DNA of 62,891 nt, filler included, from Aduncisulcus paluster (taxonomy: Eukaryota), in assembly GCA_024181965.1 (NCBI GenBank). It is 6 parts of 6 records of this genome, joined end to end, with 100 filler letters (N's around TTAATTAATTAA, not from the genome) between each part and the next. Parts side by side here need not be neighbours in the genome. Positions count along the whole stretch, not along the records: positions 54,999 to 59,482 come from BQXS01012448.1; positions 59,583 to 62,891 come from BQXS01012453.1; 4 more parts are not named here. One strand, given 5' to 3'. This document shows, one piece after another, positions 54,999-62,891 of this stretch (positions within the stretch are counted from its first letter, which is position 1; every line of letters starts with the position of its first letter). The notes under the pieces were generated by a model, which did not search any database, was not told the DNA's origin, and worked only from the letters and a program-made list of their open reading frames with translations. The position numbers and the translations under genes were made by a program.

Positions 54999-57900
54999 AT
55001 CAAGGGAAATGATCGGAAAACGAAGATCATTTTCATCATTCCAGTTATTTTTCCCTCTAATCTCACAAGAAACAACATCACACAAGTCAATAGGAAGGAA
55101 AAACAATCCAAACTCACCAACTTTGCGACATCTACTTAGTGAGATTTCATATTTCTTTGATACTTTCTTCTTATCCGAAAAAGTGAAGGTAAGGAGAAGA
55201 TAGAGCGAATCAAATTCACTATTCACACTGATATAAACACCTTTTAATGGACTAGGTGATCGGAAAGTGATGTTAAGATGGGATAAAGAAACAATACATT
55301 TCATAGGAGGAAGTTCTTCACGCTGATCAATATCTTCATATTTCCCCTCGAGCATTTTTTTTGCATCTGAAGTTACATCATGTTCTGTAGATTCTATACA
55401 GACAGTCCCTTTCACTGATTTAAATGAAATGGGAGAAATAATTGGAGCGCCGGAGGGAATTGGAATTTTTTCATATAATTTGAAGCTTTGAATAAACTCG
55501 GGCAAATCAGAAAGTAACGATTTACCCCTAAAGAAAATCAGAGATAAAATTTCAAATAATTGTCTATTTTTCTCTTTCCAATTTCCTTTACCTCGAATTT
55601 CACATGATTTTACATCCATCAAGTCGATAGGGAGGAAATGCCATTCGTATCGATATTTAGGCCTTCTGAATTCATACTTCTTGGAGGTTTTTGTACCGTT
55701 AGAAAGAGTGAAAGTGAAAAGAAGAGATGATGGACAGCGGTACAAATCTGTACATATATAAGCTCCTTTTAAAGGACTAGGGTTTGGGAAAGGGATCTTA
55801 AGAGATGATAGTTGTTCGCCCCATCCTTTTTGGAAAATTCTTCGAGCAGCTACACTACGATCATATTTATCCGATTCTGTACAAAATGAATTGTTAATTC
55901 CCTCAATATTATCAAATGAAGGATTGATAACATCTGGATGATCGAAAAAAGGAATTGGCGAAGAAGAATCCTCCCCATGAAATTTAAACTCAGGTTCAAT
56001 AATTGACTAAAATAAAAATAAAAAATAGGTTTGTAAGTTCCAAAATATATTATTTAATAACGTAAAACAAAATATCTAACATACAGCTCCAGTCCACATT
56101 TTTTTAATCATCAATTGCTTAGATAATCGGTCAATGATTTGTTCAGAGGTTTCTTCTCGTCTAAAAATCAGTGAAGATAATGCAAAAACAGGTCGAGAGT
56201 GTTCAGATTCACCTTCAATCTCACACAAAACAACATCAGAGAGATCAATAGGGAGGGAAAACCAACAATCGACGGCCAAGCGAGGGAATTCATACTTGAT
56301 GGATTGTTTTTTTCTCTTCTGTTGAAGAAGAAGTGAAAGTAAAGATGAGAAGATTTGGAGGTCTTGTGCCGTATGTACATGGCAAACATATATAAGCACA
56401 TTTTATAGCAGTTGGAGAAGGAAAAGGGATAGAGAGATTTGTAAATTTCCTCCTGAACCCTCCCCTCTTATCATTTCTGTGCAGTAATGCTCTGATCATA
56501 CAAGCTATGACCCATAGTTCATTTCTACCCCCAATTCGTCCAAAGTCTGGATTGATAAAAGATGGATCATCACGAGGGATTGGAATAGATAGATAGCCAC
56601 CTTCATGAATAAACTCAACTGGCCTTGTATATATATATCTATTGAGGAAAACAAGGGAGTCGATTCCACTATCGCTGTTTTCTCAATCCATTATCTCTCC
56701 CTCAATATCACATTGAACAACATTATATTTTCCAATAGGAATGAAATGCCATTCTTGATAATAAACAGGCTCTCTGAATTCATATTTCTTATATATTTTG
56801 GTTTCATCAGAAAGAGTGAAAGTAAAGAGAAGGAAGCGGCAACTGTGACTCTTTGCCAAACAGATATATGCACCTTCGATATAGCCAGGAGATGAGAACT
56901 CAATGGAAAGGTGGGTAAACCACACTAGTCTACCTTTTCCTTCCAACATTTTTTGTGCATCCAAACTCACATCATATTCTGTTGATTCCTTACAATATGA
57001 ATCATTTTCCCCTTTAACCGTCTTAAAAGGAGGTTTAATGACAGCTGGATCATCAAGAGGAATGGGAATGAAAGAGAAATCTCCGGCTTTCATGTATTTT
57101 GTCTTTGTGGGCTAATATGGTATGTTGTGATAATGAGGATAAAAAAATAAGATTTTTGAATAAAAGGTGATTGGAAAAACATGAACAAAAAAATAAACAT
57201 ACGGTTTCACTCCATAGAGTTTCTTTCTCTTCACGAAGGGTGACTTCAGTTGTTGTTTCTTCTCGGACAAATGCAAGAGATTCAATTGAAAAGATACGAA
57301 AATTTACATTAATACCCCTTCTTTTTCCTCGAATCTCACACGATACAACATTATTCAAATCAATTTCAATTGATTCTTCGGGTTCAACTGGAAGGAAATA
57401 CCACTCATATGAATCTTTGCGTTCTGTGAATTCATACTTCTTGGATGTCTTCTTGCGATCACGATCGGTGAAAGTGAAGAGAAGAAGAGTGGGTGCATTA
57501 GAAAAAGGGCTCAAGCAGATATAAGCACCTTTCAGAGGGCTAGGTTCTCGGAAAGGAATAGAAAGATAGGACAATTCAACAAAAAGCTTCCCTTTGAGCA
57601 TATCTTGTGCTCTTGAACTTTGGTCATTCTTCTCAATACCATGTATTTCTCCATTTACATATTTATATGAAGGATCAATGACTGATGAACTGTCACGAGG
57701 AATTGGAATAGAAGAGCTGCCTCCTTCATTCACAAATTTCGGTTCTATAGCTTTAGCTTCAGACCATATAGGTTGAGTCTATCACATTAAATTGAAAGAT
57801 ATGAAGATTTAAAGTGAAAATGTAAGAATTGAAAATACTTCAAGAAATTTAACAAAAAAAAAAAAAAGACAAACATACAAGAGTTGAGATAATTGGTAAT

Positions 57901-58007
57901 TGAGTTGAAGGATGGAAAGGGTTATCCAATTCTTCTTCGCTTCTCTCATCGTGGTCAAATTCATCTCCATCATAGGACAATTCTGATTCTAATTCAGTTG
58001 GAAGCAT
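54999..58007 (-). pseudogene. Multi-exon, >=5-repeat member of the 40850 family, disrupted in repeats 2-3; 3' truncated
   Basis: ATG 58007. Phase-0 GTATGT..AG introns at 57878-57779 and 57202-57112, and a third at 56084-56007. In-frame TGA at 56683-56685 and frameshifts near 56450-56520 and 56310. Confidence 0.75.
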
Positions 58008-58572
58008 TTAATAATATTTCACTGGGATTTACAAATAAAAATATCACCTCAAAAAAATGGCATTGTTCTTAACTCGGAGAAAATGGATAATTCGTTTCAA
58101 ACTCCAATTCTATCGATATTGACAATATAACCAAGGAAGTCCATGTCATGAGAGTGATATAAATGTATAAATTTGTGAACTAAAAAACATCTATATTTGA
58201 TAATATTGTTGACATCCAGAGATAGGAAAATGAATGCCGGAATGGCGTGTATAGTGCATAATTTCATACATTGGGGGGATTTATTGGGATATAATTAAAT
58301 ACTTATTAATAAAATCCATGAAATAATTATATATTTTCCAACGTATTACTTACACTCAAATCTTCGAATATAATGCACTTTCTTGCCAAGATCTATAAAT
58401 ATTTTTTATTGATTCATCACTTTATGCAATAATTATTTATCAATTGCAGCCCCCCCTGCCAATAGAATATCGTTGACGTTTCGTTCAATGAGATTCGTGA
58501 TGATCTTTCGTGATGATCTTTGACATTCCATCTTTATGATTTTCTTCCTTGATCTCAAAAAGATAAGTAAGA

Positions 58573-59482
58573 ATGATGCCCATTCTGTTTGATAAATTCC
58601 GTAACAAGGCTACAGCCTTCACTCGTGAAGAGCGTGAAGCCCATGGTATCTCCAACCTCCTCCCATGGAAGGTTGAGACTCTTGACGAGCAAATTGATCG
58701 TGTTTACCGCATGATTCAACAACAACCTACTCGTCTTCAGAAGTGGCTTGTTCTGTACCATGTCCAGAACACCAACGAGACCCTTTTCTACGCTACTGTC
58801 CTCAAGCACATTGATGAGCTTCTTGGAATTGTTTATACCCCCACTGTTGGTGATGCCTGTACTGACTACAGCCGTATCTTCACTCGTCCCCGTGGAATGT
58901 ACTTCTCCCTCCGTGACAAGGGTATGATCCGTCGTAGACTCGACAACTGGAAGAACCCCGTTGACGCCATTGTTGTTTCTGATGGTACTCGTATCCTTGG
59001 TCTCGGAGACCTCGGTGTCGGTGGTCATGGTATCACTGTCGGTAAGCTCTCCCTCTACACTTGTGCTGCCGGTTTCCACCCCGAGCGTGTTCTCCCCATC
59101 AGTTTGGACACTGGTACCAGGAGAGATGACCTCCGTGAAGACTCTCGTTACCTTGGTATCAAGGAGGGTCGTGCCGCCTTCGCTGAGAGAAAGGTTCTTG
59201 TTGATGAGCTCGTCTGGGCTGTCCAAGACAAGTGGCCTGAATGTGTGTTCCAGTTCGAAGATTTCTCCAATGATACCGCCTTTGACTTCCTTGAAGCCCA
59301 CAGATACCATGGTCTCGCTGTCTTCAACGACGATATCCAAGGTACTGGTTGTATCACTGCTGCTGTCTTCCTTGCTGCCCTCAAGTCCATTGGACTTACT
59401 TCTGAGACCAAGAAGACTCTCATGGCCAAGGACCAAAGATTTGTTTTCCTTGGTGCTGGTGCCGGAGGTGTTGGTGTTGCTG
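58573..59482 (+). CDS. Malic enzyme, N-terminal half
   Basis: NKATAFTREER, VYTPTVGDAC, DGTRILGLGDLG, QFEDF, FNDDIQGTG, GAGAGG. Confidence 0.96.
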
Positions 59483-59582
59483 NNNNNNNNNNNNNNNNNN
59501 NNNNNNNNNNNNNNNNNNNNNNNNNNTTAATTAATTAANNNNNNNNNNNNNNNNNNNNNNNNNNNNNNNNNNNNNNNNNNNN

Positions 59583-61659
59583 AGACGGAAGCAGACCAAG
59601 GTGTTGAGCAAGATGTTGAACAAGATGTTGAACAAGATGTCAGACCGTCATCCACAGCTTTGTCATCGTCACAATGCTCACCTGAATCCTTTGAAGTAGT
59701 AGAAGCAGCAGCAGAAGAAGAAGAAGCAGAAGAAGAAGAAGAAGAAGAACTATCACAAGAATCATGAGAAGACACAGAACATCCCAACTCAGAGAGAACA
59801 TTGCTCCAAACATCACTCCCGGAAGAACCAAGAAGAAGTTTTGCACTCCAGCTAGGAATATCGGTAATACAAGTGTCAGTATTGTTCTTGTTGTCATCCT
59901 TCTCACCTCTACTATCAACAGTACAATCAGAACAGACAGCAAGATCAGAGAAAGAAACACAGGAGTGGTCACTTGCAGTTTCATATTGTTCAACTCGATC
60001 TGTGAATCTGCGAGCACTGGAAGCAAAGCTATTCAAACACTTGGAAAGGAGTGCAGACACATTGTCACATGCAGAGAGAAGACTTGTAGCAGATGAGCAA
60101 GAAGCGGGTGGAACAGGACATTTGCAACCTCCAGGAGCTTTTGTGGTGTCACAAGAAGATCTGCACTCACTATCAACAATCCCAACTGCATGGGACAGGA
60201 GAAGAGCAAGTTGAGAGATACAATGCTGACCTGTGGTGATAATACAGGAAACATTGGTGGGGGTCAAAAATTCGAATAGACACACACGAGAAGCGATTGA
60301 CTCAAGATACTGGATCCTCTCGTTCAGAGTGGATAGACAAGGGATATCGGGAATAGGCGACTTGCACTCGGATACAATGAAATGTGGAGAGAGGTTGCAA
60401 GGGAATGGTTCAACTTGATCAAGCAATGTTGATGATGCTGAGGGTTTTGATGATGCTGAGGGTTTTGATGAGACACTACAGAGATCACGAGTCATGACAC
60501 GGATACATTCATGAAGGTTACACATCATTGGTGGAACAGAAGATGAAGCAGAGGATGAAGATGAAGAAGAGGAATCAAAGGGGGAAGAGGATGCAACAAG
60601 GGGACAATCATCCAAGAATCGTAAGAAACTCAAGGTACGAAGGACAAGAACAGTGGAACCATCACTGCCATTACTCTGCACATGCCACAGAGAACGAGGA
60701 ATACTCGAGACAAGGAGAGAACTCGTGCACTTAGACACATCTGATATCGAGGCATCAATGTATTTATCAACACGGGAGAGCACAGCATTTCGTTGGACAA
60801 CAGTAGAGTCATATGAAGACTGGAGAGAAGGAGAGATTGTGGCCGTCCCACCATCAACACGAGCAGACACACACGACAGCTCAAGTTGGAGGGATTTGAT
60901 TGCTCGTTCAAGAGAAAGACGTTCAGTTGCTGCTGCTTGACGTTCAGAAGCTATTTGTGATTCAAGAGATGATATTCTTTCTTCTTGAGCAGCATGCCTA
61001 TCTTCCAACTTATCAAGATAAGGAGATAATAGCTCAAAGAATTCTTTATATTTCTCTCTTCTCTTGTCTTCCTCTTCTTTTTTATCATCAACAAGAACTG
61101 CAATGTTTCGTATGCGAACTTTGGCGACGCTTTCCGAGTATTGGTCAGTTGAAGATTTTATCCCAACAATATGATTCCCATAAGGGGCATGAAACTGAGA
61201 TATTCTCTTTGAAAAATGTTTCGGCTTTGATAGATACTTACTCTTCACAAAAATGCTGATTTTAGAAATTTTTGATGAGAATGTCATAGATGGGGAGATA
61301 ATTGACCAAGAATTAGATCGTTTAATTGAATCTTTCACAATGGATGTTTTACCAGACTCATCATGAAAAGTTATTTGGACTTCAGTCGGTTGATATTCCT
61401 CATCGGAGTCCGAAGTATGAATGTATATTGCTTTTATGTAAATTGGTCGATGCGGGGTAATGTAAAAGGATGATTTGTTCCGAGTGCTCCATTTCGTTGA
61501 AGGATCGAAATCAATAAGGGAACTCATTGATGAGTCAATGTAATCTGCACTGAGTTCTCCAAGAGATAGGTCATACATCATGTGACCATTGATTTGAATA
61601 AATTCTTGGGGCAAAGTCCCGAAAGGCATCTTATCGTTTAAATTTACAAAAATAAGCAT
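59583..61659 (-). CDS. Hypothetical protein: N-terminal beta-sandwich-like domain, coiled-coil, Ser/Cys-rich region; 3' truncated
   Basis: About 690 open codons to the contig edge. SLIDFDPSTKW and IKAIYIH resemble discoidin/APC10-like folds (inference). Confidence 0.7.
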
Positions 61660-62113
61660 CAGAATTAGTTTTGATTTTCATGTTAAAATATAAATAAAGT
61701 ATTTATGAGAATAACATACTTGGAGGGGCACAATAAATCAGTTTTTATTTTTTTCTTTTGCACTTCTCCAGCATTATTGAGCTGAAAAGAATAAGGTGGA
61801 AATTTCAAGATAAGAAAATGTTATTATTACAATAGATATGCAGAAACTATTTTTTGAATTTTAATTTTATGCAAGAATTGCCGACTTCAAATTCGAAATT
61901 TTGTTGAGCCAATTACTGGGCCATGGGCAAGGAAAATTTGAATTATAAAGAGTTATCAATTCAAAATTCAAATTGAAGAGACGAATTTTTATTACAAAAT
62001 CTCAACTTGATTCTAAGTTAAGATCATGGATAATTTATCCAGGATAAAATGACTATTGGTTGTATTATTTTTCTATTATATGAGAATCATATTATGAATA
62101 AACGAAAGAGAGA

Positions 62114-62891
62114 TTAGTACACGGGTTCCCATTGTTTGGATCTAACCCACTTCAAGTGCCAAGTTGGTGAGTTGCTCGTCGTCACCAGCAGCAACAAGAC
62201 TCTTACAAACGGAGCATCTGGCGACACCCTTGCCGACAAGATTCTTGATACCAGAGACGGTGAGACCAACAGTGATGTCTCTAATGTCACTGATCTCAGG
62301 GGAACACTCTCCTCTCATAAGTTTCTCCTCGGGGACAAGGTCAGCGAGTCTGTGAGAAATGGTGGAGAACAAGCTCTGGGGGACCTCAGAGGCCTTGGCG
62401 ATAGAGGCGGCGAGACCAATAGCAGGGAAGACGAAGAAGTTGTTACACTGGGTAGTGTTGACAACAACACCATCAGCACGAGTAACTTTAGCCTGAGGGG
62501 ATCCAGAGGCGTAGATACAACGGTCCTTGAGGAACTTGTAGCAGTCAGCATTGGTGACCTCAGTCTTGATGGTAGGGTTGGAAAGAGCAAAGACAACAGG
62601 TTTCTGGTGAGGACAACCCTCATCGAGAGCCTTGAGAACCTCAGCATTGAAAGCACTGGCAATGGTAGAAAGACCAATCAAAGCAGTGGGTTTAACGAAC
62701 TTGACAGCCTCCAAAAGGTTCATTTCCTTACCTTCAGTGAGCTCAACCTTCTTGGCATAAGGGACCTTGTGTTTGGCCAACTTACCAGCCTTGAAGTCAG
62801 CACGGGTCTGAGTGATCAAACCACGGGAATCAATGAGCCAGAACTTCTCTCTGGCCTCTTCCCAAGAGAGACCTTCTTCAACAAGGAGCTC
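62114..62891 (-). CDS. Malic enzyme, C-terminal half, with an apparent frameshift near the end
   Basis: FWLIDSRGLI, VKPTALIGLS, FALSNPT, ASGSP, QCNNFFVFPAIGL. The main frame stops at 62142, but LKWVRSKQWEPVY* lies in the +1 frame ending at 62114. Confidence 0.93.

Noticed and set aside
56683..56685. In-frame TGA as stop-codon reassignment or selenocysteine
   Set aside because: Nearby frameshifts indicate decay, and TGA terminates other genes here (B55, phosphatase).

Overview
Gene-dense, AT-rich eukaryotic (protist) draft assembly. It is not one locus: six contigs are joined by artificial 100-nt linkers (N44-TTAATTAATTAA-N44) at 23084, 36595, 46730, 54899 and 59483. The organism is flagellated (radial spoke head, alpha-tubulin), intron-poor (short GTATG[T/A]...AG introns) and uses the standard code. 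Its expanded orphan families remind me of a Carpediemonas-like fornicate such as Aduncisulcus (recollection, unverified). Housekeeping genes: H2A with a (KG)10-SQEL tail, Brix/RPF1-like, RSP4/6, Na+/H+ exchanger, MKP-type dual-specificity phosphatase, an HSBP1 missed by the ORF track, PP2A B55, alpha-tubulin and malic enzyme. Contig 2 (23184-36594) is a transposon nest. Its centrepiece is a complete 4,011-bp tyrosine-recombinase retrotransposon (PAT/Ngaro type, split direct repeats A1-ORFs-B1-A2-B2) inserted with no target duplication into a dead Ty3/Gypsy integrase. Its reading frames are unusual: the RT N-terminus is in frame with the recombinase, and the RT core needs a +1 shift at UUU-C. 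It is flanked by two head-to-head hAT-like elements with related CAGGGAGTTTA ends.
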